Shown here: positions 18,229-27,451 of the stretch, one piece after another
How positions within the stretch are numbered: the stretch's first letter is position 1
Layout: every line of letters starts with the position of its first letter
Assembly (NCBI GenBank): GCA_036508875.1
Contig: DATCGP010000034.1
Span: forward strand, 11,037 to 75,036
Origin: Coriobacteriia bacterium
GTDB taxonomy: Bacteria > Actinomycetota > Coriobacteriia > Anaerosomatales > PALSA-660
Direction: 5' to 3'
DNA length: 64,000 nucleotides
Notes under the pieces: generated by a model
Seen by the model: the letters and a program-made list of their open reading frames with translations, nothing else
Database searches by the model: none
What the model was told of the DNA's origin: nothing
Translations under genes and position numbers: made by a program

Positions 18229-19461
18229 CTACTCTACTCCGAGTCCGAACGCCTTGTGCAGGGCGTCGACGGCCGTCGTCGCCTGCGCGTCGCCGACGAG
18301 CACAGAGATGGTGTAGTGGGAGTCCGCCGACTGCAGGATCTCGATGCCGACGGCGGACAGCGCCTCGGCGATCCGTGCCATGACGCCGGGGACGCCGTGC
18401 ATGCCCGCGCCCACGAGCGTGACCTTCGCCAGGCCGTCTTGTCTGGTGGATCGCAGGCGCAGCAGGCCGAGGAGGGCCGCCGCCTCGTCCGCCGAGGCGG
18501 ACTCAACAGAGAAAGCGAGCCTTCCATCGACCGGCGTGAACATGTCGAGGGACACGCCCTCGTCGGCCATTCGGCGGAAGATGGCGGTCACGGCCGCTCC
18601 GCGCTCCGGGGCGTCCGGGAGGGTGACGACGAAACGCGTGACCCCTTCGGCGCGGCTCACCGCTGTCGCAACACGGCGGGCGACGCCGACAAACGTCTCG
18701 GCGCTGGCGACGAGCGTGCCCCGCGACGACCCGTCGGTGTTGAGGACGCGTACCGGGACACCCGCGGTCATCGCGATCTCGGCGGCCGGGGCGTGCATGA
18801 CCTTGGCCCCTGCACGCGCCATCTGGAAGAGTTCCTCATACTGCAGCGAGTCCAGCACGCGGACCCCGTCGCAGGTGCGGGGATCCGCGGACATGACGCC
18901 GTCGACGTCGGTATGGATCTCGACCGCGTCCGCGCCGAGGGCCGCGCCGATCGCGCATGCGGTGGTGTCGGAGCCGCCTCGGCCCAGGGTCGTGGTCTCG
19001 CCGGCCGGCGAGACGCCCTGGAAGCCGGTGACGACCGGGACGAGGCCGCGCGCGAGTGCGTCCGTGAGGGGGACGGGGTCGATGGCCAGCACTGCGGCGT
19101 CGCCGAACTCCCCGTCCGTCAGCACGCCGGCGCCGCGACCTGTCAGCGCATAGGCTGCGACGCCCGTCGCGCGGAGCTCGTGGGCGAGCACGACCGCTGA
19201 GATCACCTCGCCGCACGACGAGAGCAGATCGGCCTCCCGCCGATCGGGCGCCACAGCGCCGAGCAATCCGAGCAAAGTGTCCGTGGCGTAGGGCTCCCCC
19301 GCCCGGCCCATCGCGGAGACGACCACGATCACGTCGGCGCCGCCTTCCACGCGACCGCGCACGCGCGCGCAGACGTGCGCGCGCGAGTCCGGCGTCGCGA
19401 CAGAGGTGCCGCCGAACTTCTGAACGATCAGCGGACGGCGCGACGTGTCACCATCGCTCAC
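18229..19461 (-). CDS. lysC: Aspartate kinase
   Basis: Contains IVQKFGGTSV, the amino-acid kinase fold and C-terminal ACT domains. GTG start forms a GTGA overlap with the dapB stop. Confidence 0.92.
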   Translation of the reverse strand: MSDGDTSRRPLIVQKFGGTSVATPDSRAHVCARVRGRVEGGADVIVVVSAMGRAGEPYATDTLLGLLGAVAPDRREADLLSSCGEVISAVVLAHELRATGVAAYALTGRGAGVLTDGEFGDAAVLAIDPVPLTDALARGLVPVVTGFQGVSPAGETTTLGRGGSDTTACAIGAALGADAVEIHTDVDGVMSADPRTCDGVRVLDSLQYEELFQMARAGAKVMHAPAAEIAMTAGVPVRVLNTDGSSRGTLVASAETFVGVARRVATAVSRAEGVTRFVVTLPDAPERGAAVTAIFRRMADEGVSLDMFTPVDGRLAFSVESASADEAAALLGLLRLRSTRQDGLAKVTLVGAGMHGVPGVMARIAEALSAVGIEILQSADSHYTISVLVGDAQATTAVDALHKAFGLGVE

Positions 19462-20252
19462 GCGTCCATCAGCTCCTCGAGCCCTACGACGAGCCCGCTT
19501 CGCACGACGACGCCCCGTATGGCCATCACGACGCCGGGCATGAACGACGTCCGGTCGATCGAATCGTGCCGGATGGTCAGCGTCTGGCCCTGGCCGCCGA
19601 ACAGCACCTCCTGGTGCGCGACCAGCCCGGGAAGGCGCACCGAGTGGACCGGGATGCCGGCCACCTCAGCGCCGCGCGCACCCTCGAACACCTCGGTCTC
19701 GCGTCCAGGCGCGTCGGGGGCTTCACGGCGGGCGGCTGCGATTCGCGCCGCGGTATGGATCGCGGTCCCGGACGGAGCGTCGAGCTTGCGATCGTGGTGC
19801 AGCTCGATGATCTCGACGTGGGGCATGTAGCGCGCGGCTGTCTCGGCGAAGCGCATCATCAGCATGGCGCCGATCGCGAAGTTGGGAGCCACGAAGAGGC
19901 ACACACCTTCCGGCGCGTCCTCTGCGATCCCCGCCCAGCCTTCGGCCCCGACGCCGGTCGTGCCCACCACGCAATGGACGCCTGCGTCGAGTGCGGCGCG
20001 GACGTTGCTCTCCACGACTGTCGGGACGGTGAAGTCGACCAGGACGCGCTGACCGGAGCCGGCGAGCGCCTCGTGCAGGTCGGCGGTGACGTTGATCGTC
20101 CCGCCGGCGCCGTCATCGAGCAATGTCCCTGCTGCGCCGGGATCGACCGCCGCGGCCACGCGCATGCCTTCCGCCGCGGTCACGGCGCGGACGACCTCCC
20201 GACCCATCCTGCCTGCCGCGCCGGTGACGATGACGTCGATCATCTGGCTCAC
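19458..20252 (-). CDS. dapB: 4-hydroxy-tetrahydrodipicolinate reductase
   Basis: N-terminal Rossmann motif VIVTGAAGRMG and the DapB core (APNFAIG..E.HH..K.DAPSGTA). Confidence 0.9.
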   Translation of the reverse strand: MSQMIDVIVTGAAGRMGREVVRAVTAAEGMRVAAAVDPGAAGTLLDDGAGGTINVTADLHEALAGSGQRVLVDFTVPTVVESNVRAALDAGVHCVVGTTGVGAEGWAGIAEDAPEGVCLFVAPNFAIGAMLMMRFAETAARYMPHVEIIELHHDRKLDAPSGTAIHTAARIAAARREAPDAPGRETEVFEGARGAEVAGIPVHSVRLPGLVAHQEVLFGGQGQTLTIRHDSIDRTSFMPGVVMAIRGVVVRSGLVVGLEELMDA

Positions 20253-20273
20253 TCCTTCGATCGGAAGGTCAGG

Positions 20274-21527
20274 CTATACGAGCAGCGCGTCCATCTCGGC
20301 TTCCGTATGCGGTCCGACCACTGCGAGAGTGCGCGGCCCGCCCAGCGTGGCTATCACGACGCGGTGGACGTCGGCAAGACTGACCGCCGCGTAGCGCTCC
20401 ATCACCTCGTCGATAGACAACAGCTCCAGCGAGCCGACCTCAGCGCCGCCGAGGCGCATCATGCGCCGGTTCGTGTTCTCAAGGCCCAGCACGATGCTTC
20501 CCTCGACCGAGTCCTTGGCGCGCGCCAGCTCCTCGGCAGTGATCCCCGACTCGAGCACCTTGCCGACCTCCTCCGTGATCAGGGTGATGACCTGCGCTGT
20601 GTTGTCGGGGCGAGTGCCGGCGTAGACGGTGAACCCGCCGGTCTCGGCGTGACGGCTCAGGTAGGACTGGACCGCGTACGCGAGTCCGCGCTTGTCCCGG
20701 ATCTCACGGAACAGCCGGGATGCCATGCTGCCGCCGAGGACCGCGTTGAGAAGGTCCATGGCGAACCTGTCCGGGTCGTCGGCGGCGAGCGCGAGGGTGC
20801 CCCAGCAGATGTGCGCCTGCTCGAGGTCCTTGTTCACCACGGCCAGGCGACGCTCGCCCTTCGGCGCGCTCAGCGCTCGTGTCGCACGCTCCCCCACCGG
20901 CAGCCCGCCGAGTGCCTCGGACGCCATGTTCACGACCGCGTCGTGCGACAGGTTGCCCGCAGCGGCGACGATGATGTCGCCGGTCCGGTAGTGGCGTGAG
21001 GTGTACGAACGAAGGTATGCGGGGGTGAAGGCCCCGACGGTCTCCCGCCGGCCGATGACCGGCAGTCCCAGCGGATGGCCCGCCAGAAGCGTCTCGGTGA
21101 ACAGCTCGTCGGCCTTGTGGTCCGGAGTGTCCTCGATGCGCGAGATCTCCTCCAGGACGACCCCGCGCTCGGAGAGCGCTTCCGCCTCGCCGAAGGACGA
21201 GTTCACGACCATGTCCGCCAGGATCGAGAACGCCTCGGGGCCGTGATGGTCGACCGCTCGAGAGAAGTAGCAGGTCGCCTCCTCGCTGGTGAAGGCGTTG
21301 ACCTCGGCGCCGAGACGGTCGAACGCCTCGGAGATCTCCGAGGTCGAGCGGGTCGGCGTGCCCTTGAACATCATGTGCTCGAGGAAGTGGGATATGCCCG
21401 CCTCAGCCGGCTCCTCGTCGCGACTGCCCGCCGCCACCCAGATGCCGACGGCCATCGAGCGGACAGAGGCGATCTTCTCGGTGATGACGGTGACGCCGTT
21501 CGCAAGCACGGTGCGTTCGTAGAACAC
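20274..21527 (-). CDS. M16 family zinc peptidase (pitrilysin/insulinase-like)
   Basis: Inverted zinc motif HFLEHMMFKG. Sits in the position downstream of pnp occupied by M16 peptidase genes in Bacillus (mlpA) and in actinobacteria. GTG start. Confidence 0.85.
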   Translation of the reverse strand: MFYERTVLANGVTVITEKIASVRSMAVGIWVAAGSRDEEPAEAGISHFLEHMMFKGTPTRSTSEISEAFDRLGAEVNAFTSEEATCYFSRAVDHHGPEAFSILADMVVNSSFGEAEALSERGVVLEEISRIEDTPDHKADELFTETLLAGHPLGLPVIGRRETVGAFTPAYLRSYTSRHYRTGDIIVAAAGNLSHDAVVNMASEALGGLPVGERATRALSAPKGERRLAVVNKDLEQAHICWGTLALAADDPDRFAMDLLNAVLGGSMASRLFREIRDKRGLAYAVQSYLSRHAETGGFTVYAGTRPDNTAQVITLITEEVGKVLESGITAEELARAKDSVEGSIVLGLENTNRRMMRLGGAEVGSLELLSIDEVMERYAAVSLADVHRVVIATLGGPRTLAVVGPHTEAEMDALLV

Positions 21528-21583
21528 GGGCTTCCTCGTTTCTGACGTCGCGCATATGTGCGCGCATTGCTCAGGATACGCGA

Positions 21584-21636
21584 CGACCCGGCCCCGGGAC
21601 GCCCCCGTTGAGGGGCCGTCACGCGAAGCCGGGTCG
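21584..21636 (-). terminator. Compound GC-rich hairpin downstream of pnp
   Basis: 9-bp outer stem CGACCCGGC / GCCGGGTCG encloses an inner GCCCC/GGGGC stem. It begins ~28 nt after the pnp stop. There is no U tract. Confidence 0.35.
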
Positions 21637-21663
21637 CGAGTTGCGTATCAGCGTGCTGTGGAC

Positions 21664-23853
21664 CTAGTGGTGGCGCCGGGCTCCGCCACGGTCGCCGCCA
21701 CCGCTGTGCGGACGGTCGCCGCTGGGCCTGGGCCCGCGGTCGCCGCTCGGACGGGACGCGCCGGTCGAGGGAGGTGCGTCCGGCGGATCGATCCGGCCGA
21801 GCGACACCTTGCCCTTGTCGTCGAGGTCGATGATCTCGACTTCGATCTCGTCACCGATGGAGAGAACGTCCTCAACCTTGTCCACGCGGCCCTTGGCGAC
21901 CCGCGAGATGTGCAGCAGGCCGTCCTTGCCCGGGAACAGCTCGACGAACGCGCCGAACGGCTGGATGGAGACGACACGGCCGTTGTACTTCTCGCCGATC
22001 TCCGGCTCCTTGATGATCATCCGGATGCGGGCGACAGCTTCCTCGCCGCCCTTGTCGCGGCTGGCGATGTAGACCGTGCCGTCGTCGTTGACGTCGATCT
22101 GCGCGCCGGTGGCCTCGATGATCGAGCGGATCATCTTGCCACCCGGGCCGATGATGTCACGGATCTTGTCGGTCGGGATCTTGATGGTCAACACCCGCGG
22201 CGCGAACTCGTTGAGCTCGGCCCGCGGCTCGGAGATCGACTCCATCATTTTGCCGAGGATGAACGCGCGGCCTTCCTTGGCCTGCATGAGCGCCTTGCGC
22301 AGGATGTCGACGGAAAGTCCCTTGGCCTTGTTGTCCATCTGCATCGCCGTGATGCCGGCTGCGGTGCCCGCGACCTTGAAGTCCATGTCGCCGAGGAAGT
22401 CCTCGAGGCCTTGGATGTCGGTCAGGATGGCGACGTCATCGCCCTCCTTGATCAGTCCCATCGCGATGCCGGAGACCGGGGCCGCGATCGGCACGCCGGC
22501 GTCCATCAGCGCGAGGGTGGACCCGCAGACGGAAGCCATGGAGGAGGAGCCGTTGCTCTCCAGGACCTCGGACACGATGCGGATCGTGTAAGGGAAGTCC
22601 TCTTCGGCCGGGACGACCGGGAGCAGGGCGCGCTCAGCGAGCGCTCCGTGTCCGATGTCGCGGCGCTTCGGGCCACGCATGAAGCCCGTCTCACCCGTGG
22701 AGAACGGAGGGAAGTTGTAGTGGTGGATGTAGCGCTTGCCCTCGGATACATCGATGGTGTCGACGCGCTGCCACTCGGAGAGCATCCCGAGCGTGAGCAC
22801 GGACAGGACCTGCGTCTGGCCACGGGTGAACAGGCCTGAGCCGTGGCTGCGCGGCAGGTAGCCGGCTGTCGTCGTGATCTGGCGGACCTCGTCGAGCTTG
22901 CGGCCATCGGCGCGCTCGCCCTCCGTAAGGACCATCGCGCGCATCGTCTTCTTCTCAAGCTTCTTCAGGACCGCCTTGATGTCCTTGCCGTCGGCCGCGA
23001 GCTGCTCCGGCGTGTATGTGGCGAGGATCTCGTCCTTGACCGTCTGGACGTCGGACATGCGCGAGTGCTTGTCGGCGTTGTGGAGGGCGGCCTTCATCTT
23101 GTCGGAGCCCGCGGCGAAGATCGCAGCCTGCAGCTCCGGATCGATGACGTGCATCGGGACGTCCATCGGGGTGATCTCGAGCTTGGCCAGGAAGCGGTCC
23201 TGCACCTCGCAGAAGGCGGCGATGGCGTCCTGCGCGAACATGAGCGCGGACAGCATGTCCTCCTCGGACACCTCGTGCGCCCCAGCCTCGAGCATGAACA
23301 CCGCGTCCTTGGACCCGGCGACGACGAGGTCGAGGTCGGAGGCTTCGGCTTCCTCGAACGAGGGGTTCACGATGAACGCGCCGTCAGCGTCCCGGACGAC
23401 GCGGACACCGGCCAGCGGCCCTTCGAACGGGATCCCGGAAGCCAGCAGTGCGCTGGACGCGCCCATGATCGAGATGACGTCGGGCTGGTTGACCTGGTCG
23501 GCCGAGAGCACCGTCGCGATGATCTGGACCTCGTTGCGGAAGCCGTCCGCGAACGACGAGCGGATCGGGCGGTCGATCATACGGGCGGTGAGCGTCGCCT
23601 TCTCAGAAGGCCTGCTCTCACGCTTGATGAAGCCGCCGGGGAGCTTGCCCGCCGCGTACATCCGCTCCTCGAAATCGACGGTGAGCGGGAAGAAATCGAG
23701 ATCCTTGGGGAACTTCGATGCCGTGGCCGTGACCAGGACCATCGTGTCACCCTGACGCACCATGACGGCTCCGCCGGCCTGCTTGGCCAGTTCTCCCGTC
23801 TCGAGCGTGTAGGTCTTTCCGTACAGTTCGAACGATTCGGTTACCTTTCCCAT
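21664..23853 (-). CDS. pnp: Polyribonucleotide nucleotidyltransferase (PNPase)
   Basis: Two RNase PH domains, KH and S1 domains, then a ~40-aa Arg/Gly/Pro-rich C-terminal tail. Confidence 0.97.
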   Translation of the reverse strand: MGKVTESFELYGKTYTLETGELAKQAGGAVMVRQGDTMVLVTATASKFPKDLDFFPLTVDFEERMYAAGKLPGGFIKRESRPSEKATLTARMIDRPIRSSFADGFRNEVQIIATVLSADQVNQPDVISIMGASSALLASGIPFEGPLAGVRVVRDADGAFIVNPSFEEAEASDLDLVVAGSKDAVFMLEAGAHEVSEEDMLSALMFAQDAIAAFCEVQDRFLAKLEITPMDVPMHVIDPELQAAIFAAGSDKMKAALHNADKHSRMSDVQTVKDEILATYTPEQLAADGKDIKAVLKKLEKKTMRAMVLTEGERADGRKLDEVRQITTTAGYLPRSHGSGLFTRGQTQVLSVLTLGMLSEWQRVDTIDVSEGKRYIHHYNFPPFSTGETGFMRGPKRRDIGHGALAERALLPVVPAEEDFPYTIRIVSEVLESNGSSSMASVCGSTLALMDAGVPIAAPVSGIAMGLIKEGDDVAILTDIQGLEDFLGDMDFKVAGTAAGITAMQMDNKAKGLSVDILRKALMQAKEGRAFILGKMMESISEPRAELNEFAPRVLTIKIPTDKIRDIIGPGGKMIRSIIEATGAQIDVNDDGTVYIASRDKGGEEAVARIRMIIKEPEIGEKYNGRVVSIQPFGAFVELFPGKDGLLHISRVAKGRVDKVEDVLSIGDEIEVEIIDLDDKGKVSLGRIDPPDAPPSTGASRPSGDRGPRPSGDRPHSGGGDRGGARRHH

Positions 23854-23946
23854 CCTCTTCCTCTTCTTCTTGGGTCACAGGGCCTCGTGCCCTTGCGACC
23901 GGTATGTGGGACCGCCTGCTCTTCAGGTGTCCCCCTCTTCATGCGC

Positions 23947-23973
23947 GGAAGCGAGGAGTATCTCCCCGCTTCC
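23947..23973 (-). terminator. rpsO-pnp intergenic hairpin (attenuator/processing-site candidate)
   Basis: 11-bp stem GGAAGCGGGGA / TCCTCGCTTCC (one G-U pair) with a 5-nt loop, 28 nt after the rpsO stop. No U tract. Confidence 0.4.
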
Positions 23974-24000
23974 GTTGGATCCTATTGATCTGCGTGCGCA

Positions 24001-24273
24001 TTAGACGCCGCGGATGCCCAACTTGGCGATGAGGGCGCGGTAGCGCTCCACGTCCGACTTCTTGAGGTAGTTCAGGAGGCGGCGACGCTGACCGACCATC
24101 TGGAGCAGCCCGCGACGCGTGTGGTGATCGTGCTTGTGGGTGCGGAGGTGCTCGGTGAGGTCGCGGATGCGCTGCGTGAGCAGAGCGACCTGCACTTCGG
24201 TGGAACCGGTGTCGGTGTCGTGCATCTTGTTGTCGGCCACGATCTCCGACTTGACGTCCTTGGAAAGCGGCAT
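24001..24273 (-). CDS. rpsO: 30S ribosomal protein S15
   Basis: 90 aa; [39 protein letters not shown]. Confidence 0.97.
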   Translation of the reverse strand: MPLSKDVKSEIVADNKMHDTDTGSTEVQVALLTQRIRDLTEHLRTHKHDHHTRRGLLQMVGQRRRLLNYLKKSDVERYRALIAKLGIRGV

Positions 24274-24378
24274 ACTGCTAGTCCACCCTTCAGATCCTGA
24301 TCGTCGCCTCCGGCCGAGATGCGCGTCGGTGGGTGTTCCGACGGCTCAAAGCGCGGGGCCTGTCCGTGTAGCCGTGGA

Positions 24379-24407
24379 ATTGTAGCACGCACGGGCGCGC
24401 GTGTCGC
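24379..24407 (-). promoter_or_regulatory. Candidate rpsO promoter
   Basis: Minus strand reads GCGACA (24402-24407), 17 nt, TACAAT (24379-24384), ~105 nt upstream of the rpsO ATG. Confidence 0.4.
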
Positions 24408-24426
24408 CCCTTCGACCCGACGAGGC

Positions 24427-25182
24427 CTACAAAGAGCAGTCGAGGCCCTGGGGCATCGACTCGGACACCACGAACCCGCAGTCGCCGGGCGACACGAGCG
24501 TACCGTTGTTGGTGATCGTGACGACCCTGCGGCCCGCCTCGCTCCCCGCGCCGGTCTCCACTCCCGCCAGGAGTGCGTTGTGCGAGTCGAGCAGCGCGTG
24601 AGTCGCCTCCATGAGCGTCTTGCCGTGTGTCTCCTTCGGCATGCCGATCTTGTAGATCTCGGAGCCTTCGCCGAAGTTGAGGAGCTCTGAGATCAGGGAG
24701 GTCAGCCCATGGTTGAGCGCTGACTGCGCGAGCAGGTTGTCGGTCAGTTCGCTGATGCAGACCACCTCGTCCACGTGGGCGTGCGCCAAGTGCTTCTTGT
24801 TCTCGGGGTCGGATACCAGGACGCACGTGTAGACGTCCGGCTGCCGCGCCTCGATCGCCAGCGCGGTCAGGATCGCGAGGGAGTCGCTGACGGTGGGGTC
24901 TCCGCCGCTGCCCGTGACGATCGCCGTCGTCGCCTGCTCGACGCGCGCCTGGGTAAGGACGTCGTCCCAGGTCGGCGATCCGGAGACGAACAGGGTGCCC
25001 GACTCCGGGTACGGGTGCTCGGGCAGGTCCGCGACGATCACGATGTCGAGGTCGCGCGATGCCTCGTCGGAAAGGAGCTGGTCGACGATGGCGCGCCCGT
25101 GCTCGTTCCAGTTGCAGATCAGGGCGTGACCCTTCACGTTCACCTTGTGCGTCCCCTTGTCCGTCGAGAGAGCGATGCGCAC
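24427..25182 (-). CDS. RCK/TrkA-type cytoplasmic domain (MthK-like gating-ring subunit); apparent 3-prime part of a split channel gene
   Basis: KGHALICNWNEHGRAIVDQL resembles the MthK-type ICGWSE beta1-alphaA region, but GxGxxG is degenerate. RCK N- and C-lobes follow. The ORF-track start is a GTG at 25180-25182, and this frame stays open upstream across the tail of the pore ORF. Confidence 0.65.
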   Translation of the reverse strand: MRIALSTDKGTHKVNVKGHALICNWNEHGRAIVDQLLSDEASRDLDIVIVADLPEHPYPESGTLFVSGSPTWDDVLTQARVEQATTAIVTGSGGDPTVSDSLAILTALAIEARQPDVYTCVLVSDPENKKHLAHAHVDEVVCISELTDNLLAQSALNHGLTSLISELLNFGEGSEIYKIGMPKETHGKTLMEATHALLDSHNALLAGVETGAGSEAGRRVVTITNNGTLVSPGDCGFVVSESMPQGLDCSL

Positions 25183-25523
25183 GAAGCACGCGGCGACGTC
25201 GGCCTGATGATCGATACGAAGATGACGCCCGAGATCAGCACCGCGATCGCTGCTCCGTAGCCGAGCGGAGTCACCGGGGGCTTCGCGACGTCGAAGCCGG
25301 ACAGCGCGAGGATGAGGATGTCCTGGAGCGCCTCCACGTAGCTCGTGTATCCCGCGGTCCCTGGCGCGCTCTCGACGAGCCAGAACAGCACCGACATCGC
25401 GAAGACGAAGGCGAACACAGCCACGCGAGTATCTTCAGGGTCAGGCTCTCGCTGACGATCGAACGGACCGACCGGGCCGCGAGAACGATCCTGTTCCGCC
25501 TGCCTGACATCCCCACTGCCCAC
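25140..25523 (-). CDS. Two-TM ion-channel pore domain fragment; apparent 5-prime part of a split channel gene
   Basis: TM1 VAVFAFVFAMSVLFWLV, pore-helix-like YVEALQDILILALSGFD, TM2 GYGAAIAVLISGVIFVSII. It then runs into an Arg/Ser-rich out-of-frame-looking tail and overlaps the RCK ORF by 43 nt. Confidence 0.55.
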   Translation of the reverse strand: MGSGDVRQAEQDRSRGPVGPFDRQREPDPEDTRVAVFAFVFAMSVLFWLVESAPGTAGYTSYVEALQDILILALSGFDVAKPPVTPLGYGAAIAVLISGVIFVSIIRPTSPRASCASLSRRTRGRTR

Positions 25524-25610
25524 CCCCCCGGTAAGCGTCCTTATGCGATGCCAATACGCGCTATACCCGCGAAAGGTGGCCGCGACGCGGCGCGAGGAAG
25601 GCTGCGGGGC

Positions 25611-26537
25611 TCAGAGCGAGTCGATCTCGATCGTTCTCGCTACGTCCTGCTCGATCGCCGCCGCCAGTTCGGCGCCGTCAGAGAACGCGCGTTGCTCCCG
25701 AAGCCGTTCGAGGAACTCGACCGTGAGTCCGCGGCCGTAAAGGTCGCCGGCGAAGCCGATGAGGTGGACCTCGAAGTCATCGGTCGCACCGGGAAAGGTA
25801 GGCGGCGCTCCGATGGAGATCGCGGCGGGATAGGTGATGCCGCTGACATCGACCCGGCCTGCATAGACACCGTGCGCGGGGAGCGCAGCGTACGGGCTCA
25901 CCGAGAGGTTGGCCGTGGCGAACCCGATCCCTTCTCCAGCGCCGCGGCCGTGGTGTACGGTGCCGCGGACGCGGTGGGGCCGTCCCAGCAGCGATGCGGC
26001 CGCGGAGACGTCTCCCGCCGCCACGAGCGCACGGATCCGGGTCGACGTGATCGGCGCTCCCCCTGCGTTGACGAGTTCGTGCGGTACCACGGTGAACCCT
26101 CTGTCCGACCCGTAGTGCACGAGCGCCACGACGTCACCCTCCGCGTGATGGCCGAAGCGGAAGTCGCAACCGACCAGGACGCAGACCGGTTCCATCGCAT
26201 CGAGGAGGACTTCGTCAAGGAATACCAGGGGCGGAGTCCTGGCGAGTTCGGGCGTGAAGGGCATGACCGCGATCGCGTCCGGGCCGAGATCACCAAGGAA
26301 GCTCAGCTTCTGGTCGAGGTCGAGAAGCTGCGGCGCCGCTGTAGCGGGTGCGACGATCTGGTCGGGATCGCGGTCGAACGTGACCACGACCGAGGCGGCG
26401 TCGAGCGTTCGGGCGAGCGCGACCGCGTCTCGTACGAGTGCCTGGTGCCCGAGGTGGACGCCGTCGAACACGCCCAAGGCGGCGACTGCACGACCGAACG
26501 ACGGCATTCCAGGCTGCCAGACGGCGATCCTCGTCAC
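25611..26537 (-). CDS. ribF: Bifunctional riboflavin kinase / FMN adenylyltransferase
   Basis: ORF 25611..26873 trimmed to GTG 26535-26537, a GTGA overlap with the truB stop. Contains GVFDGVHLGHQ and a C-terminal riboflavin kinase region (GFATANL..G..GVYA). Confidence 0.9.
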   Translation of the reverse strand: MTRIAVWQPGMPSFGRAVAALGVFDGVHLGHQALVRDAVALARTLDAASVVVTFDRDPDQIVAPATAAPQLLDLDQKLSFLGDLGPDAIAVMPFTPELARTPPLVFLDEVLLDAMEPVCVLVGCDFRFGHHAEGDVVALVHYGSDRGFTVVPHELVNAGGAPITSTRIRALVAAGDVSAAASLLGRPHRVRGTVHHGRGAGEGIGFATANLSVSPYAALPAHGVYAGRVDVSGITYPAAISIGAPPTFPGATDDFEVHLIGFAGDLYGRGLTVEFLERLREQRAFSDGAELAAAIEQDVARTIEIDSL

Positions 26538-27451
26538 GCGGCAGCACCTCCCGGCAGGACGACCTCGGGTATGAGGCGGCCGCCCTTCGAGCGGTAGATC
26601 CCGGCGAGCGCGCCACCGGATGTGACCGAGACCGCCTGCCCCTCCGGCACAGCGATGTCCGTGGGCGCGTCGAAGGCAGCGCCGAAACGGATCGCATCGT
26701 GCGGCGCCCGGAGCGAGGAAAGGCCCAGAGCGAGCAGCGGATCGAAGAAGAGACCGGCGATCCGGCCCTCGGCGGCGGAGCCGGCCAGCTCGTCCAGCGT
26801 GTGCGCGTCGGTCAGCGTGAGGTGGCCGCTCGCGGTGCGGCGCAGGCCCGACAGATGGGCTGCGGTCCCGCACGCTCTGCCGATGTCGCGGGCGAGCGCC
26901 CGGACGTATGTGCCCTTCGAGACACTGAACGAGACGTCCCAGGACATGCGCGTCGGGTCGATCGAGAGGAGGGTGGCCTTGCTCACGTCGATCTCTCTGA
27001 GCTGCAGGTCGAGAGGCTTGCCCGCACGGGCCGCGCGGTGCGCGGTCTGGCCGTCGACCTTGATCGCGGAGTATGCGGGCGGCAGCTGGGAGGACTTGCC
27101 GACGTAGCTCGCGAGCACGCCACCGGCGTATGCCGGATCGAGTATCTCCGACGGGACGGGCGCTGTCCGGATGGTGGCGCCGTCGGCGTCGTCCGTGTCC
27201 GTCTCGCTTCCGAAGGAGATGGTCGCGAAGTAGTCCTTGCTCGCGGCGGTGAGGTACGGCGCGAGGCGGGTGTAGGCGCCGACCAAGACAACGAGCAGAC
27301 CGGTAGCCATCGGGTCGAGAGTGCCGGCGTGACCGACCCTCCCCTCCCCGGTCGCGCGGCGAACGACCGCCACCACGTCATGGCTGGTCATACCGGCCGG
27401 CTTGTCGATCGGAAGTATGCCGACGAGCGTGGTGGCGCCCCTTCGCGTCAC
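26534..27451 (-). CDS. truB: tRNA pseudouridine(55) synthase TruB
   Basis: ORF 26534..28009 trimmed to GTG 27449-27451, a GTGA overlap with the upstream stop. Contains GILPIDKPAGMTSHDVV and catalytic HAGTLDPMATG. Confidence 0.92.
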   Translation of the reverse strand: MTRRGATTLVGILPIDKPAGMTSHDVVAVVRRATGEGRVGHAGTLDPMATGLLVVLVGAYTRLAPYLTAASKDYFATISFGSETDTDDADGATIRTAPVPSEILDPAYAGGVLASYVGKSSQLPPAYSAIKVDGQTAHRAARAGKPLDLQLREIDVSKATLLSIDPTRMSWDVSFSVSKGTYVRALARDIGRACGTAAHLSGLRRTASGHLTLTDAHTLDELAGSAAEGRIAGLFFDPLLALGLSSLRAPHDAIRFGAAFDAPTDIAVPEGQAVSVTSGGALAGIYRSKGGRLIPEVVLPGGAAA

